A stretch of DNA of 64,000 bases from positions 75,912-139,911 of the forward strand of contig JBJTQJ010000052.1 in NCBI GenBank assembly GCA_046075565.1, given 5' to 3'. The notes under the pieces are model-generated. The model was given only the letters and a program-made list of their open reading frames with translations. It was not told the DNA's origin and did not search any database. Shown here one piece after another: positions 1-8,410 of this stretch. How positions within the stretch are numbered: position 1 is the first letter of the stretch; each line of letters begins with the position of its first letter. The stretch comes from Verrucomicrobiales bacterium (GTDB taxonomy: Bacteria; Verrucomicrobiota; Verrucomicrobiia; Verrucomicrobiales; SLCJ01). Position numbers and translations under genes: made by a program.

Positions 1-385
1 GGATCGTGACCGCGCGCCCGAGGTCAGCGGCCAATTCCATCTGGGAGACAAAGACCCCGCTCTGGATGTTGATGTCAGGGCCTTTTACCCAACGATCGAG
101 TCCGATTTCCCCAACCGGGCAACCCGGGAATTGCTCGAGATAGCCAGCCAATGTTTCCAGCCAAGCCGGGGTGCGGTCCGCAACGTGCCATGGATGCAAA
201 CCGAAAGAGGGGATGACAAACCCGGGAAACTCCCTCGCCAAACGTGCTACTTCCGACCAGTCGCTTTCACGGGTTCCATTGACCACCGCGCGTCCAATGC
301 CGAGATCTTGCAGCGACGCGACAAATCCGGCGTCGAGTGGTGGCAGTCGCGAATCGTGCAGGTGATTGTGGGCATCAATCCACAT
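1..385 (-). CDS. TatD family hydrolase (partial, runs off window start)
   Basis: Manual translation from ATG at 385: MWIDAHNHLHD...VVNGTRESDW...SFGLHPWH...GEIGLD, the TatD DxHxH, GLHPW and GEIGLD motifs; not in the ORF track because it is truncated. Confidence 0.88.
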   Translation of the reverse strand, partial: MWIDAHNHLHDSRLPPLDAGFVASLQDLGIGRAVVNGTRESDWSEVARLAREFPGFVIPSFGLHPWHVADRTPAWLETLAGYLEQFPGCPVGEIGLDRWVKGPDINIQSGVFVSQMELAADLGRAVTI

Positions 386-809
386 GGGAATCCAGCGCCT
401 CTTTTGCGAGAGTTTGGATACGCGTCACCACGGATGCGAGTCCGTTCAGACGCGTCGGGGTGATCTGACGTTCCAGTTTCAAGCGGGCAGGCCAATCGAG
501 ATTGATGGCAGCCAATTCCCTGGCGGAACAACCATCCGCGAGCCGGACGGTCACGCCGACGAGTCCGCGCACCATGACGGAATCGGCGAGGACGCGAAAA
601 TGAAGGCTGGTGATATCACCATCCACCGCGAGATGAACCCTCGACACGCAACCGTGAACGCGGTTTGTTTCGGTACCGAGTGCTTCGGGAAGTTCGGTCG
701 CTTTTTTCCCCCAATTCGCGAGCGCGCCCAATCGCTCCTGAGGATCCGGCAGTAGAAGCATGTCTTCCACCAACGTGTCCAAGCGGGCTTCGATTTCCAT
801 GCGGCTCAT
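375..809 (-). CDS. sufE: SufE family Fe-S cluster assembly sulfur acceptor
   Basis: NRVHGCVSRVHL, ADSVMVRGL and ITPTRLNGL motifs. Confidence 0.88.
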   Translation of the reverse strand: MSRMEIEARLDTLVEDMLLLPDPQERLGALANWGKKATELPEALGTETNRVHGCVSRVHLAVDGDITSLHFRVLADSVMVRGLVGVTVRLADGCSARELAAINLDWPARLKLERQITPTRLNGLASVVTRIQTLAKEALDSHVD

Positions 810-1348
810 GGTGCCAGCGCTTGTTCAATGGCCGCGATGACCTCCGGGCTCTCCGGTTTTTGTTTTGGCTCGAAACGGGCCAGTGGTTTCCCATCCTTCC
901 CGATGAGGAATTTGCCGAAGTTCCACTTCACGTCACCGGGGAAAGCGCCATCCTTGCCGGTGAGGGCAGTATAAAGCGGATGCTGTTCCGCGCCCTTCAC
1001 GTGGATTTTTTCCATGAGGGGAAAACTGACCTTGAAACGATTGCTGCAGAATTCCTGGATTTCCTCGGCGGTGCCGGGTTCTTGTCCTCCGAAGTCATTG
1101 CAGGGAAAAGCGATGACCGTGAAGCCCTTGGCGGAGAATCGCTGGTGAATTTTCTCGAGTTCCTCGTATTGCGGGGTCAGTCCGCATTTGGACGCGGTAT
1201 TCACCACCAGCACCACCTTACCGCGATGGGCTGCCAGGCTGGTGCTCTCTCCGGTGATGGTTTTGAAGGGAATTTCGGCAAGGTCACCGGCCAGAGCGCA
1301 AACGCCGGAACCGAGAATGGCGAGGGTGGAAAGGAAAATGCGGATCAT
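806..1348 (-). CDS. Glutathione peroxidase with signal peptide
   Basis: VNTASKCGLTPQY, FPCNDFGGQEPG and WNFGKFLIGKDG motifs; start moved to MIRIFL. Confidence 0.93.
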   Translation of the reverse strand: MIRIFLSTLAILGSGVCALAGDLAEIPFKTITGESTSLAAHRGKVVLVVNTASKCGLTPQYEELEKIHQRFSAKGFTVIAFPCNDFGGQEPGTAEEIQEFCSNRFKVSFPLMEKIHVKGAEQHPLYTALTGKDGAFPGDVKWNFGKFLIGKDGKPLARFEPKQKPESPEVIAAIEQALAP

Positions 1349-1444
1349 AATGCCGAAGATACGCGTTCGGGAGCGGCCACGTTTCGCCGGAAATGGGAAC
1401 ATGGGTTACGTTGACGGTTCGTCCGTGAAGTTCGTGCGAACGCT

Positions 1445-2254
1445 TCACGGAACATTTTCGGAACGATGCGGGTTCCAGAAACCATTCTCCTCATCGGGGC
1501 CGAACCAGCCGAGGCCGGCAGCATCCGCGTCCCCGCCATGGGGGTTCTCACCGACCGCCCGGGTATTTTTTGGTTCGGCGGTCACGCGTCCATCGCACCA
1601 GGCGACGAGGGCTTTTCCATTCGCGCGGAAATGCACGGTGGGTGAGGGGCGTTGGCCGCTCGGACCGGCGCCGAAATCCCAGAAGGGCGGTTCGCAATAA
1701 GGGTATTCCTGAATTCCACCTTCGCGCGCGTAGGCCGTGGTCGCGAACATGACGGTGTGTGCGGGATTGCCGACACGGCCCGGATGTTCGGGAATCCGCA
1801 GGCCGCTCGCGCGGTCGAATTTTCCTCCCGGCCGGCCGCCGATGTATTGCGCGTTGTATCCATATCCCCCGGTGCCGGTTTCAAAACTCTCCTTGCCTTC
1901 GACCATGGCCGTGAGCAAAGGACAGGGTGTAATCTGACGCGATTTTCCCAGATAGGGGGCGAGGAATCCATCTTCCGGAGCAAATGCCTGACCTCCTTTG
2001 CGCGCGCCGTGCCAGCGCTTGTTGTTTGTCCGGTCATCGGCCGGAGCGAAGGTGCCGTGATCCGCGACATACAGCAGATTGGCGGCGGCCAGTTGCCCGA
2101 GGTTCTGGCTACTGCGTGCGATGCGGGCGCCTGTGACGGCTTTCTGCAAGCTTCCAAAACCAACAACCGCCAGCACCGCGATCACGACGAGCACGATGAG
2201 CAGCTCGACGAGCGTGAAGCCGGGGCGTCGGAAGTTGGCAGTTGGAAAATTCAT
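1445..2254 (-). CDS. Prepilin-type N-terminal cleavage/methylation protein with C-terminal H-X9-DG motif (DUF1559-like)
   Basis: G|FTLVELLIVLVVIAVL prepilin motif; YGYN; HFRANGKALVAWCDG; TGATG overlap with the upstream gene. Confidence 0.88.
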   Translation of the reverse strand: MNFPTANFRRPGFTLVELLIVLVVIAVLAVVGFGSLQKAVTGARIARSSQNLGQLAAANLLYVADHGTFAPADDRTNNKRWHGARKGGQAFAPEDGFLAPYLGKSRQITPCPLLTAMVEGKESFETGTGGYGYNAQYIGGRPGGKFDRASGLRIPEHPGRVGNPAHTVMFATTAYAREGGIQEYPYCEPPFWDFGAGPSGQRPSPTVHFRANGKALVAWCDGRVTAEPKNTRAVGENPHGGDADAAGLGWFGPDEENGFWNPHRSENVP

Positions 2255-3528
2255 CAGGGCGTAGTGGGCCGGACGGCGAGTCGGAAATGGGCGCTGGGAG
2301 AGGAAGGTAAGGGCAAAGTGACGGTTTGGCGACGGATAACTCCGATGCTGGCGATGGGTGAGGCCGAAACGTCGCCCAGAGTGGGGGAAAAGGGCGCGAC
2401 GGGTTTGAATGCCCCGCCATCCGTGGAACGTGCGATGGTGTCCCAATCTTTGAGATTGAGGGAGCGTTGCACTTCCAGAACCAGTCCCCGGGCACGCGTG
2501 TCGCGGTTGAATTCCAGCACCACGGAGCCGTAGGTGATGTTGATGGACATCGCTGGTTCGTTTTCCCTTCGCGTCGGTTCGCGGCCGAGGGCAAACTCGA
2601 GGGCATTCGAACAACCATCATCATCCGCATCGACTAACCAGGCCGACGATTCGGACGGAATCTCTTTGATGCCGACCCATGTCGTGAAATCAACCGGTGT
2701 CGAGATCCCGCCGATGGCTTCGAGGTCGAAACCACCCGAGCCGGTGGTGACCGATGGGTCGTAGATTGGCGATCCTTCGCTATCGAAAAACTGCCCGGTG
2801 CCGGGAATATCGACGACCCGCACATGAGTGATGGCGTTGAGATTGACAGCCCCACTAACAACCACTGAATGCGACGTGAGTTGCGAAAGATCAAACGGTG
2901 TGCCCCAGGAAATTCCGTAACCATTCGCGTGTTTGCCCGCGAGGTTGAAGACATTGGTGGCATTAAAGACTCCATAAGCGGTAATAGACGATGTGCTCAA
3001 CGAACGCGACGGAAACCGCGCGAAGACGTTGCCATTGCTCGACACCTCAATGTAGGCGAGTTCGCCGAAAATCTGGTTGCCACTCGAGAATCCATTTTCA
3101 AAGACCGCGAGGTCGGCGCCGGGAAGATCGGCAATCGGACGCGCCAGGGTAATGGTGATGTGGCCGGGCAGGAAGCCGCTGGTGACCTGTGTGGCGGTCA
3201 AATCGCCGAGCGAAACGGTGTCGAGATAATGATCTCCGGTGACCGGGCCGAGGGCCCACTGGGGATCGTCATTCGTGTCGTCCCCCGGATTCGCGCTTTC
3301 GTAGCTCACGACTTGATTCGCCCACGTGAAGAATAATGGATTCACCCGATTCGCGGCACCCGGTTCTCCATCGAGTCCGGTAGCACCTTCTCCATCCGGA
3401 CCGATGAAGCCGGGAATTCCGGCGTCGGCTTTTGTAGGATCCGATCGTGGCCCGGAATACGGACCGGCGGCGGCCAATCCCGCAAGCACCATGACCGAGC
3501 ACGCAATGATATGAGAGGGTAATTTCAC
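2254..3528 (-). CDS. Secreted cell-surface protein, putative cobalamin-associated, with verrucomicrobial C-terminal domain
   Basis: Signal peptide; VSLGD...DLAVFENGF...ELAYIEVSSNG...NLAGKH...GTPFDL...GFDLEAIG; C-terminal DADDDGCSNALEFALG...SLNLKDW...FRLAV. Confidence 0.75.
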   Translation of the reverse strand: MKLPSHIIACSVMVLAGLAAAGPYSGPRSDPTKADAGIPGFIGPDGEGATGLDGEPGAANRVNPLFFTWANQVVSYESANPGDDTNDDPQWALGPVTGDHYLDTVSLGDLTATQVTSGFLPGHITITLARPIADLPGADLAVFENGFSSGNQIFGELAYIEVSSNGNVFARFPSRSLSTSSITAYGVFNATNVFNLAGKHANGYGISWGTPFDLSQLTSHSVVVSGAVNLNAITHVRVVDIPGTGQFFDSEGSPIYDPSVTTGSGGFDLEAIGGISTPVDFTTWVGIKEIPSESSAWLVDADDDGCSNALEFALGREPTRRENEPAMSINITYGSVVLEFNRDTRARGLVLEVQRSLNLKDWDTIARSTDGGAFKPVAPFSPTLGDVSASPIASIGVIRRQTVTLPLPSSPSAHFRLAVRPTTP

Positions 3529-4502
3529 GCGGAAATTCTCCGGCGGCGGATACCAAGCATGAAAACTCCGGCAAGGCCAAGAACGGCCGCGCCCGGTTCG
3601 GGAATCGGCAATGTCGAGAGAGGCGCATATCCATAGGAAACGGCATCACCGCTTCCAAAGCCCGCCCGATTCACCCAGCCGAGATACTCTGTTCCGCCAT
3701 TCGTGAAGGTGGCTAGACTCGCGTAGTTGGAGTTGTTGAAACCGGGCGCGACGAGGGTTCCTGTCTCACTGGTGCCGAGATCGAGCACGCGGATGCCATT
3801 GATTTGATATCCGCTCGCGTAGAGCCGGTTGGTTGTCGAATCCACCGCCAGGTAACCACTCACGCCAAGATTCGCTACAAAAGTGCCGTTCGCGAGGGTG
3901 AGCGGCGTTCCTGCGATGGCCGTGGTGATTTGCGCGGCGGTATAGCGGTAGATGTTATTGTCGTTGGCATCGAGCCCGGCATGGGCGAGATAGACATTTC
4001 CGACATCATCCATGGCGATGCCACCCGAGAAATCGGAGAACGCGGTAATCAGGGTTGTGATGGTGCCACCGGATGAAATGTGATAGAGAGCCGATGAACC
4101 GAATCCCTGCGAACCGACCATGAGCAAGGCGCCCGATCCGTAGTTGACGCCCGCATAAGGATTATTGGGCGGGGCTATCGCGGCGTTGAAAGTGGTGGCG
4201 GTATTCGTGCCGTCGTAACTTCGCGTGCCGGAGTTGGAATATCCGATGTGCGTGGAAGTGATGAAGCTTGAATCACCTGCTGGTGCGTTCGTGTAAGGAG
4301 TCGCCGTCGACGCTCCGAAAGTATCCTGCCGGATGAGGTTTCCGTTGTGGCCGTATACAAAACGACCGTCCGGCAGATGGCCAAGAGCGGTATTGGTGAA
4401 GTTTTGCGTATTCGGCAGGGGCAACACAGTCCATGACGCGCGGGCCGTGGAAACAAAACCGGCCGCGATGGCGGCCGCCAATACAAACAATGATTTTTTC
4501 AT
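3525..4502 (-). CDS. PEP-CTERM sorting domain-containing surface protein
   Basis: MKKSLFV signal peptide; C-terminal IPEP + hydrophobic helix + RRRR; AAAGGA SD-like sequence upstream of ATG 4502. Confidence 0.9.
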   Translation of the reverse strand: MKKSLFVLAAAIAAGFVSTARASWTVLPLPNTQNFTNTALGHLPDGRFVYGHNGNLIRQDTFGASTATPYTNAPAGDSSFITSTHIGYSNSGTRSYDGTNTATTFNAAIAPPNNPYAGVNYGSGALLMVGSQGFGSSALYHISSGGTITTLITAFSDFSGGIAMDDVGNVYLAHAGLDANDNNIYRYTAAQITTAIAGTPLTLANGTFVANLGVSGYLAVDSTTNRLYASGYQINGIRVLDLGTSETGTLVAPGFNNSNYASLATFTNGGTEYLGWVNRAGFGSGDAVSYGYAPLSTLPIPEPGAAVLGLAGVFMLGIRRRRISA

Positions 4503-4576
4503 GTGGTGTCCTTTGCAAAGACGGGGTGGATGAAAAGGACAATCCTTTTCCCCGAATGCGAAAGGACTACCCCCGC

Positions 4577-4700
4577 ACGGACGTTTTCGCGACGCCGTTG
4601 TCCATTTCAGGACGGTGCGGTTTTCTCCGCCGGTTCGAACCCGGACTTTGACCTTTGCGCGACAGTGAGGGACTTTCACCCTGCTTTCCTAGGCCGGCGG
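4577..4700 (-). ncRNA. Cobalamin riboswitch, short class II / AdoCbl-variant type
   Basis: Minus strand reads CCGCCGG-CCU-AGGAAAG-CAGGG-UGAAAGU-CCCU-CACUG-UCGCGCAA-AGGU-CAAAGUCCG...CCGGCGG (closing stem, T-loop, L5), then hairpin ACGGCGU-CGCGAAA-ACGUCCGU whose loop is complementary to L5 (UCGCG/CGCGA). Confidence 0.85.
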
Positions 4701-4890
4701 ATTGGTTGGATAATGGAAAGATCGAATCGAAACCGCAGGCGGCTTCGTTGGTGACAAGATGCTTTAGGATACACGGGTCGTCAAGTATCGGATTCCTTCA
4801 AATCTCCCGTCAAAGTCGGCGAATCCAAATATCCAACGAATCCGGCAGATCCCGGGGTGGCAAGCGCCCGGCCGCCGCGTATGGTGGGGC

Positions 4891-5649
4891 ATGACATCTG
4901 CAGTGGAGCCCAATCCGGCGCGTCGCCGCCCCACCTTCATCCAGGTGGCCCTCATGGTTTTGCCGATTGGCACGGTCGTGCTGGGAACCATCGCCATGCT
5001 CTGGTATTTCCACGAAGGTTCACGCCCGGGAGCAAAGGAAGAACGCGGCCTTTACACCAAGGAACCAACGGCGGCTTCCATTCGTGACAGCGTGCGGAAA
5101 CTCTCCCTGCCCCCGTTGGCGGTGCGCGGGGAAGCCACGGAAGCCGGTGGAGTAGGCTGGCAGGCGACGATGAGTTTGATCGAAGGCGCGACTGGCGAAA
5201 CGAACATGGGTTATCAACCGGTCCTGCATGAATACGACTCCGGCGCCGGAAAATGGCGGCATCTCTGGGTGGACAACTCCGGCAAACGCAACCTCACCGA
5301 GATCATCGAGGTGCGGGCACGCAGCGTCCCGACCGGCAATCGCGAGGGACTGGCGGTGCATTTGCCCATCGCGGTGGCCCTCGAACTGGCCCAAGCCTTT
5401 GCGGGTACGGAAAATCGACGCACCATACGTTTTGTTTTTCTCGGCGGAGGTCAGGATCCGACGGGCGAGCAATCCTATGCCGAGTTGATGAAAGACCGGC
5501 GCATCAAGGTGCAGGGGGTTTTTGATCTCGATGCCTCGGATTTCCGCGCCGCCGCCTGCCTCGATGCCTCCGGCCAAATCGACGATACCGCTCTCATGCG
5601 GGAGGTGGAAAACCTGCGGCAGAATATCCGGCGCGCCGCCAACCAGTGA
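4891..5649 (+). CDS. Membrane-anchored protein with degenerate M28 peptidase-like fold
   Basis: One N-terminal TM helix; VALELAQAF...RRTIRFVFL resembles M28, but HxD, DD and EE ligands are absent. Confidence 0.55.
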   Translation: MTSAVEPNPARRRPTFIQVALMVLPIGTVVLGTIAMLWYFHEGSRPGAKEERGLYTKEPTAASIRDSVRKLSLPPLAVRGEATEAGGVGWQATMSLIEGATGETNMGYQPVLHEYDSGAGKWRHLWVDNSGKRNLTEIIEVRARSVPTGNREGLAVHLPIAVALELAQAFAGTENRRTIRFVFLGGGQDPTGEQSYAELMKDRRIKVQGVFDLDASDFRAAACLDASGQIDDTALMREVENLRQNIRRAANQ

Positions 5650-5723
5650 GTGAGAAAATCCCGTGCGAGGTTGATTTCTCCGCTCCGGGTTCTAGAGTTG
5701 GCGTCCACCCGCATTCCTGAATT

Positions 5724-6947
5724 TTGGCCCGCATCGTCCAGAAATACGGCGGCACGTCCGTCGGCAATCCCGAACGCATCCGCAATGTCGCCCGCCGCCT
5801 GATGGAAAGCGCCCGCCAGGGCAATCAGGTCGTCGGAGTCGTCTCCGCCATGGGAGGCGTGACCGACAAGCTTATCGGGCTTGCCCGCGAGGTCTCGGAA
5901 GACCCCGCCGCCGGCGAAATGGATGTGCTCTTGTCCACGGGGGAACAAACCACCATTGCCCTCGTCTGCATGGCTATTCAGGCGATGGGCGGCAAGGCGA
6001 TTTCCATGACCGGTCCCCAGGCTGGCATCCTCACTGATTCCGGGCACACCCGCGCCCGCATCCTCGACATTCATCCGGAGGCGGTGACCCGGGCCCTCGA
6101 CGAGGGAGCCATCGTGGTGGTCGCCGGTTTCCAGGGGCAATCGGTGCAAGGCCGACTCACCACCCTCGGCCGCGGTGGTTCCGACCTCACCGCCATCGCC
6201 ATGGCCTCGGCGGTGAAAGCCGACCTCTGCCAGATCTTCACCGATGTGGATGGGGTCTATACCTGCGACCCGCGTATCGTGCCCGACGCGAGAAAATTGC
6301 ACGAGATTTCCTACGACGAAATGCTCGAAATGGCCAGCAGCGGCTCGAAAGTCATGCAGGCCCGATCGGTCGAATTCGCAAAAAAATATGGCGTGCCCTT
6401 CGAGGTGCGCAGCAGCCTCAACAACGAACCCGGAACCCTCGTTACCGAAGAACACCCCAACATGGAATCAGCAGTCATCCGCGGCATCAGCCTGGAACGC
6501 GACCAGGCCAAGGTCACCATCAACGATCTGCCCGACGAACCCGGCGTCTCGGCGAAAGTTTTCAGCGCGCTTGGTCGCGCCGATGTGAACATCGACATGA
6601 TCATCCAGAACGTGTCGAAGTCCGGCAAAGCCCGGATTTCCTTCACCGTGCATCGCAATGATCTCGGACGCGCCGAGAAGGCGCTCGCCCCGGTGGTTTC
6701 CTCATTTGATGGCTCGATGATGGAAAGCGAAGCCGGTATCGCGAAACTCAGCGCGGTCGGTATCGGCATGCGCTCCCACTCGGGTGTGGCCGGGGAAATG
6801 TTCGATGCCCTCGGCAAAGGCGGAGTGAACATCCAGATGATCTCCACTTCCGAAATCAAGATTGCCGTCACCATCGATCAGGATCGGGCGGAAGAGGCGG
6901 CCCGCCTCGTGCACGCCGCCTTTGCGCTCGGCCGACGCGAGGCATGA
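5724..6947 (+). CDS. lysC: Aspartate kinase
   Basis: VQKYGGTSV, TTLGRGGSDLTA, DVDGVYTCDPR and two ACT domains; TTG start. Confidence 0.96.
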   Translation: MARIVQKYGGTSVGNPERIRNVARRLMESARQGNQVVGVVSAMGGVTDKLIGLAREVSEDPAAGEMDVLLSTGEQTTIALVCMAIQAMGGKAISMTGPQAGILTDSGHTRARILDIHPEAVTRALDEGAIVVVAGFQGQSVQGRLTTLGRGGSDLTAIAMASAVKADLCQIFTDVDGVYTCDPRIVPDARKLHEISYDEMLEMASSGSKVMQARSVEFAKKYGVPFEVRSSLNNEPGTLVTEEHPNMESAVIRGISLERDQAKVTINDLPDEPGVSAKVFSALGRADVNIDMIIQNVSKSGKARISFTVHRNDLGRAEKALAPVVSSFDGSMMESEAGIAKLSAVGIGMRSHSGVAGEMFDALGKGGVNIQMISTSEIKIAVTIDQDRAEEAARLVHAAFALGRREA

Positions 6948-7939
6948 AGATTCGCCGACCATCGCCGGGTCCGGGCACACGGTGGACACGCCGCGCCACC
7001 CTCGGAGGACTCGTCTCGCTCTGTCTTCCTCGCTGGAGCCCGGCCGTGCCGGCCAAGGGTTTTGATCCGCGTGATGTTGAAGCCAGCCTGCGCCTGCAAA
7101 TTTACCTCGACCGCCAGGGCTTCGGTCCCGGTAAAGTGGACGGCAAGCCGGGTGAGTTCACCCGCAAGGCGGTCGATTGCTACAACACGACCATCGGTCT
7201 CGCCCCCGGCGACTACAGCGCCGTGCTCAAGGAGTCGGAAAACATGCCGATCTGGAAAAACCACCTCGTGAGCGAAACGGACTTCGCGTGGGTGGATGCC
7301 ACTTTGCCAACCGATCCACCGGAACAGGCAAAGCGGAAACTTCTCCCCTACCGCAGTCATCTCGAGTTTCTCGCCGAGCGATACCATACCGACGAACCAT
7401 GGTTGAAAAAGTCGAACCCGAAAATCGACTTTGCCAACCTCAAGAGCGGCGACACCGTGCGTGTGCCCAACGTCGTGCCTTTCGCGATCGAAAGTTTGCC
7501 ACGTCCTCACCAATGGGCCTCCACTCCCGCCTACGCGAAACGCACCGCGCTCGTCGATACCAATTACAAATTCGCCTGCATCTTCGAAGAGAACCGCATG
7601 ATCGCGGCTTTCCCCGTCACTCCCGGCGAGGAAAAATTTATCCACCGCGGCGATTGGAAAATTGTCGTCATGCAAGCATGGCCGCAATTCCGTTGGGATA
7701 AATCCATGCTCGAAGCCGGACTACGCGGCGAGGAATTCCACATGCTCCCGCCCGGCCCCAATAGTCCCGTCGGCGTGCTCTGGGCCGGACTCAACCGCTC
7801 CGGCATCGGACTCCACGGCACCGCCACGCCCGAAACCATCGGCCGCTCGCGCAGCGCCGGTTGCATCCGCCTCGCCAACTGGGATGCCGTGCGCCTTCCC
7901 AATTTCTTGCGCCCCGGTTGCCCAGTCGTGGTGCGATGA
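6944..7939 (+). CDS. L,D-transpeptidase (YkuD family) with peptidoglycan-binding domain
   Basis: LQIYLDRQGFGPGKVDG; PPGPNSPVG; GLHGT...SAGCIRL; twin-Arg-like leader. Confidence 0.92.
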   Translation: MKIRRPSPGPGTRWTRRATLGGLVSLCLPRWSPAVPAKGFDPRDVEASLRLQIYLDRQGFGPGKVDGKPGEFTRKAVDCYNTTIGLAPGDYSAVLKESENMPIWKNHLVSETDFAWVDATLPTDPPEQAKRKLLPYRSHLEFLAERYHTDEPWLKKSNPKIDFANLKSGDTVRVPNVVPFAIESLPRPHQWASTPAYAKRTALVDTNYKFACIFEENRMIAAFPVTPGEEKFIHRGDWKIVVMQAWPQFRWDKSMLEAGLRGEEFHMLPPGPNSPVGVLWAGLNRSGIGLHGTATPETIGRSRSAGCIRLANWDAVRLPNFLRPGCPVVVR

Positions 7940-8119
7940 CCCGCCCCCGGTTCGAACCCGCGATGAACCATCGGACTTGAACTCCGAAAAGAGAACCACA
8001 GACTTCGCTGATACTGGGAGGGATGGATGAGGTGCTTTTCTGCCGAATGGTTTCTTATTCTTTCGACGGGCATTTGTCAACTTGAGCCCCCTCCGCTCTC
8101 CGCGTATCATTGTGCTGCC

Positions 8120-8410
8120 ATGGATTCCCCCGCACCCGATCGCGCCGCCGCCGAACTCAAGGCGATGCAGGATTCCATCTACCGGGAGAAAATCCTCCGG
8201 GCACGCCGCCAGACACCGGAGGAGCGCTTGGCCGATGTCTTCGTGCTAACCAACTCAGCGTTCGCCCGCATGCATGCGGGAGCGATGTGGCAGGCGGGAA
8301 CAACGGACGAGCAGGAAGGATGGCGGATCGTGCGACAGAGGCTCGCCCGTTTGAGCAAAGTCCATGACGCCGGGCGCTTTGTCAGCCACCCCCCATCCCC
8401 CCGCGCATGA
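8120..8410 (+). CDS. Small helical protein, putative antitoxin/partner of the downstream nucleotidyltransferase
   Basis: 96 aa, REKILRARRQTPEERL; ATGA overlap with the next gene. Confidence 0.65.
   Translation: MDSPAPDRAAAELKAMQDSIYREKILRARRQTPEERLADVFVLTNSAFARMHAGAMWQAGTTDEQEGWRIVRQRLARLSKVHDAGRFVSHPPSPRA

Noticed and set aside
4503-4679. N-terminal extension of the PEP-CTERM ORF given in the ORF track
   Set aside because: It overlaps the riboswitch; signal peptide and SD point to the ATG at 4502
5650-5723. Possible lysine riboswitch upstream of lysC
   Set aside because: The intergenic gap is only ~74 nt and lacks L-box features
7940-7972. GGTTCGAACCCG...AACCA resembling a tRNA 3' end or att site
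   Set aside because: T-stem is only about 3 bp, spacing to CCA is too short and there is no upstream cloverleaf
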